A DNA stretch of 54,936 nt, the filler included, from Sphacelaria rigidula (taxonomy: Eukaryota), in the NCBI GenBank assembly GCA_964200075.2. It is 5 parts of 5 records of this genome, joined end to end, with 100 filler letters (N's around TTAATTAATTAA, not from the genome) between each part and the next. Parts side by side here need not be neighbours in the genome. Positions count along the whole stretch, not along the records: positions 22,016 to 32,922 come from CAXNAA020005702.1; positions 33,023 to 43,929 come from CAXNAA020005703.1; 3 more parts are not named here. One strand, written 5' to 3'. How positions within the stretch are numbered: position 1 is the first letter of the stretch; each line of letters opens with the position of its first letter. A program made the position numbers and the translations under genes. This document shows positions 23,687 through 35,775 of the stretch, one piece after another. Below the pieces are notes generated by a model. The model was not told the origin of the DNA and made no database searches. It was given only the letters and a program-made list of their open reading frames with translations.

Positions 23687-24396
23687 CTCGACGAAGTGGA
23701 GGTGGTGCTATGCAACGACAACTCCGGCTGTGTGCTGCGAGGCCCCCCATACCCTCGATCACCACCGTATGCCGAATCCGCCATTCCCGGTGGATGCAAT
23801 GGCGACGAAGCGTGTGACTCTTGACTACGCATGAACTCCTTTTCTCTGGTTGCCTTGTGGGGAGTACTGTCCGCGCTACTGCCTCCGCTAATGTCTCCGC
23901 CGTGTGAACAGCCCTGCCTGTACGGATGCAGCGAATGGCCGCCCGGTTGCAGCGAACCACCGCCTAGCTTATGCTCATGACGATGTTGCTCTCCTTCCGT
24001 ACCTACCGACGAACTCGGCATCAGACAGCACCCGTCTCTTTCCGCAGCCGCATGCATAGAAAGCACTGCTAGTGTCCCCACCGCAGTATGCCCCTCAACC
24101 TCTTGCTGAGCTTGCTCCTCCTGCGGCAGATGCGGATGATTTGTGCAGACAGAGCCAGAACCGCCATTATTGCTGTTGCTCCTCGAAATGATGCTATCGT
24201 TTCCGTTCCTAGTGAAGTCAGCATCATCCCATGCCTCACCACTACCACCCCTCACCACAAAACTCTCTTTTCCCCATGCTCCCCCCATGCCACCCAAGCT
24301 AAAGCGCCCCTTCCTTGTTGAGCCTGCAACACCATTTACTTCCCGAGTTGCCATGACCGTCCCACGCTCAAACATCAATACCTTTATGTTTCGCCT
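23687..24396 (-). CDS. Large exon of minus-strand gene; Gly/Ser-rich, predicted disordered, unknown function
   Basis: ctaccgcag|AGG...TCGAG|gtacgt, 710 nt open (overlaps ORF 23620-24378), phase 0 to 2. Confidence 0.6.
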
Positions 24397-24782
24397 CTGC
24401 GGTAGTTGACGGGGTATAACACCCCCGGTGCAGAAGATTTTTAAACCCTACTCCCTCCGGCACTACTAGGCCCACGTCCGGACCTCGCGTCCTACACCGC
24501 AGGATGCCAACAAATTTATGCCTAGAAGAGTAAACCTCGTTGATATCGTTGGGATACAGCGAAGTCTCTCGGCAAGTATAGGGACCGAGGAAAGCACGAA
24601 GAAAACGCTATCCCGCGCGAACGATCCGCAGACAGGAGCAGACCGAGAGTCAAGCTAAATATTCTACACCTGCGGCAACGGCACCGACAGTTGTACTACA
24701 CTCTACGACAGCCTCTATCGATCTCCTTGTTTCCCGGCGTGTGGTCGATAGGACAGCGTTTTTGTGCTTGCTGTATCGTTAC

Positions 24783-24908
24783 TCGCTGTTCCTGCCCTAG
24801 CTGCTCCAGGTGTTTCTTGAGTTCGATGGACGTGTTGCTGTACCTTGCGGGGAATTGGGTGGGGGGGGAACTCGTTCCAGCTACGCTCCTTGGCGAAGGT
24901 GACAGTGC
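24783..24908 (-). CDS. Possible upstream exon of minus-strand gene
   Basis: tgtttag|...|gtaacg, 126 nt, phase 0-0: ALSPSPRSVAGTSSPPTQFPARYSNTSIELKKHLEQLGQEQR. Confidence 0.3.
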
Positions 24909-25427
24909 CTAAACAGTACAACAACAGTACCAGTGTTCAAGAAAATATCCTCGGGCCTGCGGGTCTTCTAAGCGTTGACGTGTGAAGCACGGCTGCCCCA
25001 AAACAGCAACCGCATACGCAGCAGCACCACTGCGCAACACTGAAAACAACGTACCAAAGCCCGCACAATCAGTGAAATATTTGTCCGTCGGCGAGCAGCA
25101 CAACCCTGAACAGCGATGTCCAAAATCATGGAACAACCACAGCGGACCTGGTAATGATCCAGATTGTGAAAAAGACCCCCTATGGCAGCGGCCAGTTTTG
25201 TCGAACGGCCCCCACAATGTGTATCAAACCTCAGTACTCGTAATAAAAGTCTGGCAGACGTGCGCGTCCCCTTTTGTGTACAGTAGGTGGTCCCAGTTAT
25301 CGCGCACTGTATAGCAAATTGCACCGATATAAACCGGTATCTTACATGCATCACGTAATGCAGTCATATATACACTATAGATCACCTAATATAAGCATCA
25401 AATGGTCCAGTATCATCTGATATAGAT

Positions 25428-25507
25428 AGGCCTACATATAACCCGACATAGGCCTTTATATCACCCAATGTAGGCCTATATATCACCTGATATAGACCTA
25501 TATATCA
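25428..25507. repeat. Minisatellite, 22-nt unit, about 3.6 copies
   Basis: Units resembling aggcctatatatcacctgatat start at 25428, 25450, 25472 and 25494. Confidence 0.75.
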
Positions 25508-25635
25508 TATACCATATATCATATACCCTTCAAGTCACATTTTTGCTGAAAAAGCTCCATATAGGGTATATGATATAAAGTTGTGAAAAATATCATTTCA
25601 TATCATATACCCTCCGAAAAAACATGACTAAGGTA

Positions 25636-25946
25636 TAACAGTGTTTTCGTGAGATTGAGAGTAGATGATACGATTGAGAGTGGCTTTGATCATTCGCTTT
25701 AAATGAGTGATTTTTTTATTCCACGTGTGCTTTTCTTCACCTCCATCACTTGCTGCGTGTGCTTACAGCTACACGTCGATATATCTTACCCAGGGATATT
25801 AAGGGCCTCAGTGGCCAACTATTATTGCAGAAAGCATGTTGGGCCTCGTGGAAGTGCATTCCGGAACTGAAACGATTCATTCACTGATTGACCGCTTTTC
25901 ACTCTCAATCGTATCATCTACTCTCAATCTCACGAAAACACTGTTG
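25636..25946. mobile_element. MITE, Tc1/mariner-type (TA TSD)
   Basis: Perfect 46-bp inverted match AACAGTGTTTTCGTGAGATTGAGAGTAGATGATACGATTGAGAGTG; TA at 25634-35 and 25947-48. Confidence 0.9.
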
Positions 25947-26248
25947 TATATGAAATATCGTATAGTATAGGGGGGTATTTATAGGCCAGGGGTATATCTA
26001 TACCAGGCTCTACCCGTACCCATGAACTTGGTGCCGTCTGGCTATCAAAGCTCTCATTGAGAGACTGTCAAGGACAGGAGATTTACTCGGTCAGTTTGTT
26101 TCAGAGTGCCGCATGCATCGCATTCAGCCCCCAGCAATTCGCCAGTGGTGCACTGGATTCTCGACGACGGAAAATCAAAACGTGTCTGCCTGTCTGTCCG
26201 TGTGTCCGTGTGTCTGTGTGTCTGTCTGCATGTCTGTATGTCCACGTC

Positions 26249-27355
26249 GAGGGGCCCCATATCGGGAAATCCATGCACCACCGCTACCCGCGGTTGAGAA
26301 TGAGGAAAATGCTAAATCAATTTGGGAAAACCTTATTCTTCCTATTTCTCCACTAGCATGCGGAATTGAAGGATCATTTAGATATCTCCGGGTTCGCGTC
26401 AACATGAGCAGCCCAAAACCGAGGAACTTTGGTGTGTCAGGAGTTGTTGTGGTGACAGGACATCAGGGAGCAAATTTGCCGCTGGAAAATGACTTTGAGT
26501 CGCGGCGATCACTGGATAATGAATATTAAGTCCCGCTGGCTTTTGCAAGACCGGTTGTTACCGACCTGGCACCTGGCACTACCGTTGTTCCAGTGATACG
26601 ACCGCCAGCCTGAGGAGGGCGATGTACGACGAACAGTTCTGTACTGCTACTGAATGACTGAAATATATATGCAGTAAGTTGACTGTGCGGTGTTACCAGC
26701 CGATACGAGAATGTTATGATATTATACAAGAGCACAGTATGTGAGGTGCACGTGATCACGTACTTTGCCCGCATTTGGGCAGACAGCCGTGTTCATACAA
26801 CGCGTACATCTACATACAGCATCGCAATTTACATTGCATTGCGACACAAGAGAGGGAGAGGTTGCAAAGGGGAATGTTATGGCCATGGTGTTGCGAAAAA
26901 TAGTATCAAACATTACGATTGCGGCAGTCATGAAATGTAAGGCGATATCATTATTGTTGTGCCCGCAAGCGCAGATCCATGCCAACTCCTGGTCGCCAGG
27001 CGTGCGCGCCCACTTCACGTTAACCCCTTGCAAGACTCCTGGAATCTGGGGCACATTTCCAGCGCCGGTACCTTCAGCGCTTTGATCTTCACTCCCTGCT
27101 TATACGGACATCTTCTCTATTTGCTTCAGCTTACCCCTACCACCTACCGTTTCGGTACACCCGACGCAGGCCGACGTTACCCGCAAACACGTGCGGTGTA
27201 GTACAGCAACTAACTACTATCGCCATCCTCCAGCGATCGGGGGGTACCCCCCCGTGGAATCGGATACCCCCCCTCCCCCCCCCCTCCAACCCCAGAATGA
27301 GGTTTTTGCGGCGAGGGGGGCGGTGGTGCATGGATTTCCCGATGTGGGACCCCTC
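26249..27355. mobile_element. Non-autonomous TIR DNA transposon, 1.1 kb, 3-bp TSD GTC
   Basis: 36-bp TIR GAGGGG(C/T)CCCA(T/C)ATCGGGAAATCCATGCACCACCGC; GTC on both sides; inserted in a (TGTC)n tract. Confidence 0.85.
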
Positions 27356-29451
27356 GTCTGTGTCTGCAATCTATACCAAGCTAGTACAATAACAGTAGTA
27401 GTAGTGTCTATCTCCGTCCAACTCATTCAGTGTTGAGGCCTAACCGTTACCAATCATTCAATATTTTTAGATCTTGTTACCGCTCGCATTTTACTCACAT
27501 ACGACAACGGGTACCGACAGCCATTACACAAGCGCACGGCCTTGGCCAAATCCCATCTCCTGGGGTAGCATCTGTGTCGACTTTTCACATTTTACTGAAC
27601 TATCTATCCTAAGGGTTGGTATTATTCAGCCACGGACCACCACGTGAATATGCAGCACAGCCATAATATATCACGCGCCTTTTCATCGTGTGTGCCGACG
27701 CCTCACACCCGATTGAACTTCCTCAATCGAGTTTCCCAAATATCAAATTGGTAAAGAATGACTCACAAAAACAACCACTTACGCAGCTTTGATATTGTCT
27801 CGGACGATATCACCGAACATTTTTTGTCTCTTCAACTTTGACGACTAAAACGACTATATATATATATATATACAGTAGTATTATGCTATAATAATACAAC
27901 GTCGTGTAGAACAACCATCACCATGCGAACCCTCGGCCTGGGTTGGTGTTGACTTGTTGTCATCATGTTGTTGAATAGACCAAGTTTAATCGAGGGGGGT
28001 ATTGGATGAGAAATTCACGTCCCGACCCCTCCGCGGCATACACGGGCTACCAACTGCGCTGTCTATGTATATGCATTAATACAGCCGTTAAGGTTAGTCA
28101 TTATTATTAATTACGAGCTGGGCCAGTCGCAAGGCTCCGTCGCCTCCGTCCACAGGCCTGCATGCGCAACGCAAGTTTTCGCATTTCGAGGTGAGATCTT
28201 CCCAGCAGAGGAACAACACATAATGCATAGCAATACACTTTCGAGATCAGACCAACTCTTAATACGTGTCTTAGCTCATAATTAGTTTTCCATCGAAATT
28301 GTGCGGTGGAGAACAAAACCCCCGATATGACAGGTCGTAATTTCAACCTTCATCGTTAATTTTAAAGATGGTTGAAATCATGACCAATCAGATCGGGAAT
28401 TTAGGAAACTGTCAGAAACCTCATCACCTGAAGGATATTGCTGAGAAATGCAAGATTGGCGAAATGAAAAAACTGCCACCAGTGGGGCACGCAAAGTTGC
28501 GCGGTTCGGGCGAATCATCGCCGGTTTGACTAACCGAATCCAAGATTTTCAGGCCTGATAGCTTGAAAGAGCAAAAAGTTGACCGCTGGTCAAACAGGTT
28601 CCCACGCCATTTTTAAGCCACCCCAGGTGCGTTTTCTTCGTGAGGTTGAGAGTTGAGCGTTGCACCCTCAATGTTTGGAAAGTGAAGTATAAGTCGTTCT
28701 CAGGCGATATGGATCGCTTGGCCGTCTTCTCACCCGAATAATGCTTCCGAAAGGCTAAACTTTTCGCCCTTTTTGGTCGGTTTGGACTGTGGTCGCCAAA
28801 CGAAGTGATCTCATCCCTCTATTTCTTCATATACTTCGTACATCAGGTCGATCAATGAGGAAAAAACAGCGAAGAAAAGTTGGGAAAATACATGGAGGTA
28901 CAACATGCACATAACCTATCACTATCCTTTAGTTGTAAGTCGACACTCTGAAAATACAGCAGATGAGATGCGTGATGGTGCTCAAATGTTCGGGGTTGAC
29001 GGGTGAGGTTCCTTGTGTTCCCCATGCATGGTCACAACCATGTCGTGCCGACACTTTTTACGATACCCCCCCCCCCCCAAAAAAAGTGCCTGGTTTGCGG
29101 AGGCGAAATCTTCACGTAAATCGAAATGGAAAAAGCCGGTGGGGCACAACGAACAGATTGGAATCCCTACGCTTGGGTTCTTTCTCGCCAATATCGCCCA
29201 TGTGAGGCGCTACATGCACAGCCTGAACCCAAACATCAGGCGCTACATGATCATTTTTTTCGTGACACTTTTGGGCTGGTTTTGGGGGGTGGGGGGGTAA
29301 TCGTAGACAGTGTCTGCCATGAAATGAGTCTAGGGTCGATTGTAACGCCGCCAAAAAAAAAGCAAAGGGTGAAGCAAGCCTTCAAAATCAGGACGTTGAT
29401 TGGTCGCCGCGATATCATTGCTTCTTGATTTTGGTCTCCTCCAGTTATCCT

Positions 29452-29731
29452 GAACCTCAGTTCGTATTCCCAAATCCATGGTTGACAGTTGCTTGGAAGT
29501 AACGCTGACCTCAAATTCCCCCCTCACCCAAGATGCAACCCTCGGGCAAGGGCGGTGCAAGGGGCGCGCTGGCAGACCTCAAATCGGCGCAGGCGCCGAT
29601 TTCGACAAGAACGGACTCTGCGCACACAAGGAACACGAGGGAATGCCGGCCCCATCAACGATCGGAATCTCGGCGATTACACTGACATCAAGTGAGTTCC
29701 AAGAGTGGATTTGGGTATACGAACTGGGTTC
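29452..29731. mobile_element. MITE of the shared-core family (different TIR)
   Basis: TIR GAACCTCAGTTCGTATTCCCAAATCCA vs GAACCCAGTTCGTATACCCAAATCCA; core gacctcaaatcggcgc...gccgatttcgacaagaacg. Confidence 0.75.
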
Positions 29732-31398
29732 GACGCCACTACGTACCATGATCATCGCTAGGGCCTCGGCCGTGTGTGCGAAGTAGAAGACATATATCAA
29801 GTGAAGAGAGGCTGGATGTCGTGAGCGAACGTCCCTCTTCATCCTCGCAGCATTTGAAGTATGCTGAGTCACGAAGGACACGTGCACATTTCTGCAACAC
29901 AAGCGCAACATTTTGGGGGCGAATCCTTACACGAACCTACACTTGAATTGATCCATCGCTGCACAAGGAAATACATGAGCGCAATCTGAAGCGAGCCACA
30001 GCATTCGCTTGCTTGTCCACATTTTCACCCACATACTTTCATATTTTTCAACATTTTCCCGCATTGACAACCAAACACGAAACGAAGAAACAGCAACAAA
30101 CGAAACGCATCACACACAGTAAAGTGAACAAACACCACAGCATGGCACACTCGAGCAAGGGACCCACCACGTGGCATGCAGTCGCTCTAATCCACCATTC
30201 GGGGATGAACCCGCGGTACAGCGTACATATACATACCGCAGATACCCTGTACGTGGCCAAGAAGTGCGAACCTCTTCATCTGCTCCCTTATAGCTAGTGA
30301 TACCAGACATTCAATGAGATATCAAGCCTGCTGTAGTATCGTTCGTACCCGCATGGCTACAGCTCCAGTTCCCAACACACAACACCCTTTCCCCTACCCT
30401 GACCTTGCGACTTCCAAAACCTTCCACTTGGCATGGCGGTCCGTAGGGACAGATGCACCATGTGGGGGTGAACCAATCAGCCAACCCAAAACGAGATTCG
30501 CGACGCGATACGAGAGGGAGTAATAGCTTCGTGACGAAATTGACATGCTATTACGTAAAATGCGCTGAACTGAAAAAGACTGGGTCCGACGCATCTCACG
30601 TCCTGCTCAGGCTCGTTTCATGCCTAGAACCAAAGAAGCGCGACACGACGAATGCCCTCCCAAAGGGAATACGGCCAAGCAGAAAATGGGCAAACCCCTC
30701 CAGTAGACAGGTATGTACTCGGAAGTCGCACGGCATAACGCCTGAGGGTGAGAACACATCTCAGAGACAACACACAACATTGGCATCAACATTACCAGGG
30801 GTCGGACGAAGTATGGCCGGTTCCCATCACTAAATCTGCGATTTGAGTCCAAAGAGAGAAATAGCTTCGACCGCGGGTGGAAGAAGTCTCGACGAAAATT
30901 CTACGCTACTCCGCATTCCTGGGGTGCAACTTTGAAAAACAAAGCCCAAGGATTTATTCGTATGTACGAATGAATCAACAACACCACAAGCGAGTTATTT
31001 CCAGACGAATCTCCATTCGTCCGACCTTTGAATACTATGTACACATTCCAGAAATAGCTGCGGAAACCGGCCAACTTATCGGAAACCTCTCCGCTACAGG
31101 CCCAGACACGTCAGTCGATGGACCTCCTGTGGTGACCCTGGCAACGAAAGCATGCTAGCGGCACCTCAACAAAGCCAGCCGGGGTGTGTTGGGGTAGAGG
31201 GAATACCCGAGCATTCACTCTCTCGAACTTCGCGTCACGATGGTCCGACCTATAACCTTCACGTAAATACTGGGTGAAGTTAGGTACGATGGCAAATACT
31301 CTACCCCAACATCTGGGGGCTGTTGAGTACGATCTCGATACTCTACCGAAGTACTGGGTGCTCAGGCCGGATGTTATGGCAAACAGATTCTTGGCCCG

Positions 31399-31816
31399 CG
31401 GATTGTTCACTTTTTGGACGTTTGATCCACTTCTTGACCCCCAAACAGGGAAAATCGCCAACACACGTCTCGTACACTCTGCATCACTCCACGCAGAGAA
31501 GCCTAGCTTACTTTTCAGATTCGCTGGGCTCTGAGGTTTCGAGTTTGGCTGCTGAACAATAATCCAGGTGCAATAATTTGTGCTTGCCAACATACGGCAG
31601 TTTGTCCAATAATCTGTGGAGATCTCCCTAGATTTCAGTGCACATGGATTATTGTTCAGTGGCCACTCTCGAAACCTTGGAGTCAAGCGAATCTGGAAAG
31701 TGGGCTGGCCTCCTCTCTGCGGGGTGATTGATGCAAAGTGTCCAAGACGTGTGTTGGCGGTTTTCCTTGTTTGGGGGTCAAAAACTGGATCAAACGTCCG
31801 AAAAGTGAACAATCCG
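31399..31816. repeat. Long inverted repeat / foldback
   Basis: Arms 31399-31572 and 31639-31816 are largely reverse-complementary around a 66-nt spacer; weaker pairing extends to about 31180/31880. Confidence 0.9.
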
Positions 31817-32766
31817 GCTTCAGAGTACCATTTTTCAAAATACTCGAGATGTACGAAATATTCCACCCAACACACGCTTGAAAGCCGGACTCACCGCGCT
31901 GCGTTTCAAAAGTATGCACGGCGCCGATGCGGGTGCACGATACGGTAAGCCCCACGCCAATGCAGGCATGGACTCCACGTGCGACAATATCCACAAACAG
32001 CTTTAACGTGAGCAGACACCGTCCTTTCGTCCTTGGAAAATGACGATACCAAGGAAGAAGACACCGAAACTCAACCCCCTCTTCTCATCCTGTTCCTATT
32101 CCGATTTCAAAAAGAGAGGAAATGAAGCCTATCGCCGACAAAAGAAATTCGGAACAAAAAATGGAAGTCCCTACGAACAAGACGTTAAACAATCCAACAC
32201 GATCGGAGAAACAACGAAGGAAAAAACTTCACGCGAACGCTCCGTCACACACAAAGAATCCGTTTTGCGCACAAGACGTCGTTAGAGCGCTTGGCAAAAA
32301 CTTCCAGGTGCATAGACAAGATATATTGGACATTGAACGAGTGATCTAGATACGCTGGGCGGGCCCAAAAAGAAATCTTGGTCCCCAAGCAGAAACGATT
32401 CAGCACTGAGTCATGCGAATTTACACCTAATTTCACCGTACTCCACCCGAACTAACTCTTCGGCTCCTTACGGCTAGTTTCGAACATCTCTATCCACGAA
32501 GGGCCATGCCGCACTCTAGTAACCACCCTTCGTGAACGTCACGTCGTAGTCGGGGTAAGCCGCACGGCACATGTCAGCTACACGTGGCAGGTCGGCCGGA
32601 CCGAACTGCATGCTGTACCTGTCGAAATAAAAACGACAGGGTCATGGGAAGAAAGCCAGAAACACACGAGCGAAAGGGGCAGGAAAAAATAGCTGAGTAA
32701 ACAGGATGTCGAAAAACACACATATCATGGACGCAAAATCGCAAAAATATACCAAGGTTAAGAGAA

Positions 32767-33080
32767 GGGGGGTGTACCCATTTGTTGCTTGCTCTAGTCG
32801 TTCGACCAATGACTGGGGGGTGTACTCATGATCAGGCATGCCATAGTCATCAGACCAATGACCTCGCATCCCTACACAGCCGGGACGGAGCACGCCGGGC
32901 TTGCGCCGGACCAGCCTTCCACNNNNNNNNNNNNNNNNNNNNNNNNNNNNNNNNNNNNNNNNNNNNTTAATTAATTAANNNNNNNNNNNNNNNNNNNNNN
33001 NNNNNNNNNNNNNNNNNNNNNNTTAGTCGTGTGACCATTGACCACGCATCCCTTTCGAGACGGAGCAGAGAGAGGGGGGA
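32767..33080. repeat. Cluster of three G-tract-associated structured repeat segments spanning a gap
   Basis: Short-variant 5' half at 32767-32814, long variant at 32815-32922, short-variant 3' half at 33023-33066. Confidence 0.75.
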
Positions 33081-33214
33081 GAAAAAACATTATCCACACA
33101 TCACATGTGAAAAGATGTAAAAGGAAAGAGAAAAATATGTAGGCGTGAACATTCCTCATCTAGTTCGTTTATATTATTTTCGATCAGTCTCTGCTTGACT
33201 TGATTATTTTCTTC

Positions 33215-33580
33215 ATTGAATGATTGTCGCACTTCAATTGACTCCCTAGGGATCCGGCCGTGGTGACATGATAGACGTACCCGAGACAAAACAAAACTGA
33301 CACACTCGCTCAAGAAAAAAGAAGGAACATAAAAGGTGTAACTGAAGAAGATAGTAGACTAAAACGTGAAAACCAAAGCATGAGAGAAAAGAAAAGGAAA
33401 GAGAAAATAGCCGGTCTTTGCCACATGACGTACTCAAGAATCGAAACTCCACTCCAGTGAAACATCTACATGTGCATTCATGTAAGAAATAGTAGAAGTA
33501 GTGACGGTACTGGGAAGGCGAGTCTACGTTTGTGACCATGGGTTCGAGAGATCGGGCAAATGTGCAATTCCAATTGCACA
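33215..33580 (-). mobile_element. RTE LINE 3' UTR fragment
   Basis: Reverse complement gtacgtctatcatgtcaccacggccggatccctagggagtcaattgaagtgcgacaatcattcaat, and tgtggcaaagacc, both match 48400-48615. Confidence 0.7.
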
Positions 33581-34002
33581 TGTGTGTGTGTGTGTGTGTG
33601 TGTGTGTCTCCAACACTTGCGCTGCTTGGGAACCCGGCACATCATTCACCGTAAAGACGAAGAAAACCAAGAACACACAGAACCTGAAGAAACAAAACAA
33701 AACAAACAAAACAAACAAAAGAAACAAAATAGTACTTTTTTTTTCTTTAATTCCGTTTTTTTTTTGTCAACACCACCCTACAGCAGCCTCTCTCCTCAAC
33801 TAACAACCCTCTCACCTTGCAAAGCTTGCGGACCTTCTCATAGCCGACACCAAACACTTTGCCATCCCGGAACGTGAGATAAATCTGCTGCTCCACCTCC
33901 ACCCGTTCGCCGTTGGGTTGATACGTCACTACACCGAGCACGTCAAAAGCGGAAGAGGGGCGAGATCAAGAGGCACTTTTTTTTTCCAAGTCGAAAAAAA
34001 CT

Positions 34003-34322
34003 TCCAAGGTTGTGTTTTGTAGGGTAAGATTTTTTGTGCATCCGGGTATTTGCCGGATGTTACCCGTAGCCGATAGTTCTGTGAGTTCTGCAAGCCTCTC
34101 ATACCGGTACCCGACAGTTCTGTGATATCTGTACGAAACATTTACCCATACCTGGGGTACGGGTATACCCTTGTAGAAATACCTCGGCACAGGTAAGAGT
34201 TTCTGTACAACTTCCATGCCGTACTCGACATGTTCTGTAAGTTCTGCAAGATTTCCGTACCGGTACCCGATCGTTCTGTAGGTTCTGCAAAAAACTTGTA
34301 CCCTACCAGACACAACCTTGGA
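34003..34322. mobile_element. MITE with internal tandem sub-repeats
   Basis: TIR of about 34 bp: TCCAAGGTTGTGTTTTGTAGGGTA vs TCCAAGGTTGTGTCTGGTAGGGTA; internal gttctgtRRgttctgcaa / taccggtacccga repeats. Confidence 0.8.
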
Positions 34323-34844
34323 TGATCACGAAGCAGTGACGGCAGGAAGACGTCAGAAAGAAAAAAAATTATGGCTGTGTAGCTGCCCGACATTACCTCC
34401 CCTCCCCCAATACACGAAAAGTGCTAGTATACACACGAAATGGAAATGTTGTTCATAGACTCGGGATTGTTTGCGCCAAAACAAATTTATTCCATCAATT
34501 TTCTCGATTCTTCATTTTTCATGTCATCTAGTGAGCTCGCCGTTCCGGACCCCAGCATACTGAAGCCAACTGACACTTGGTCAAGTAATGTCAACCCCAA
34601 AACATCGCCAAATGTGGGGGTATTTCACTAAAAAAAACATTTACGTCAGTTGTAGTCAATCCATTGGGATAAGGGAAGACGTCGTCATCCGTTATACGAG
34701 AAACAGAAATTGGCAAATAAATACTCCGGAATAGTTGGTACATATTCTACGCAAAATGCTTCATACCCGGGTGAAGGGAAGGTTGTGCGGTGAGTCCACC
34801 GGTACCATATTACTCCTAATTTAGTTGGTAGCTGGGTGACTGGG

Positions 34845-34955
34845 CCGGGGGTGGGGGGATCATGATCTTGCATGCCGTAGTTATATGACCATTGCCCTCG
34901 CATCCATACAAAGCTGGGATGGAGCACGCCGGGTTTTCGCCGGACCACGCTCGTA
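34845..34955. repeat. G-tract-associated structured short repeat, long variant
   Basis: Homologous to the 1002 and 32815 copies. Confidence 0.75.
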
Positions 34956-35427
34956 GCGAGGAGGGAGGGGAAATGATACATAGATCGACCTCCCAAACGA
35001 ACGGATGTGTTGGAGAGGACTATCTTGCACCTTTCATAGATTCTAGATGACAACAAGGCACTACACAGTGCTGCACTCACTGTATTGTTACATCCAAGCA
35101 CACGACCTATTTGGACCGCGAAGGCGACCTGATTAAACTACTCCAACACGTGGCCAAGAACTTTCTTGATCCTCTACATCGCAATCCACATCGTATAGTT
35201 ATTTATTTATACTGATTGTATCCACCAAAATTAGGTACAGTACCTTGTACAGGGTCACCACTACAACTCTACAGCATACATACAACCATGCTTTACTACC
35301 AGACGGCTGCTGTTACAGGTCATAGCCTCCCGTCAAAGTCACTTTTTGCTCTCTTCGGTTTCTCCAGCGTTCACTCCAGCAGGTGTACTTCCCTCCGTGT
35401 GTCCACTTTTGAGGTACACCTCCTCTC

Positions 35428-35487
35428 AACACGGCGGGATTCGAAGCGGACCCCTTAATGTGCGATAAATCCGTCAATCAAACCAAT
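35428..35487 (+). mobile_element. LINE-type 3' end
   Basis: acacggcgggatt...atgtgcgataaatccgtcaatcaaaccaat after a pyrimidine-rich tract. Confidence 0.45.
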
Positions 35488-35775
35488 GTACCTTTTCTAG
35501 GGCACACGACTGACTTACGTGTCCAAAATCTTTCCTCCCCCTCAGGCAGTTCATCCGTTCGCAGCGGGTCCTCATATTTCGGAACCACCAGCTGCGGTGG
35601 GTCAGAGGGCGACGCTCTTTTCAGGAATCTCTTGCTGCAGATGAAGATACGAAGAAGAAACGAATGAAAGGCAACGACAACAAAAAAACAGTAGCGAGTT
35701 GACCAACTCCTCAACGCCCAGATGCTTTGTAGTTGGACTTCAGTTACTTGGACTTCAAGAGAGGAGGGGGGAGGC

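Noticed and set aside
31111-31875. 254-aa ORF, the longest in the track
   Set aside because: Lies across the foldback, has mirror ORFs on the other strand, and shows no recognisable domain.
34070-34290. CRISPR-like repeated units (also 13150-13240)
   Set aside because: Degenerate tandem sub-repeats within a TIR element; no constant repeat with unique spacers, no cas genes, eukaryotic context.
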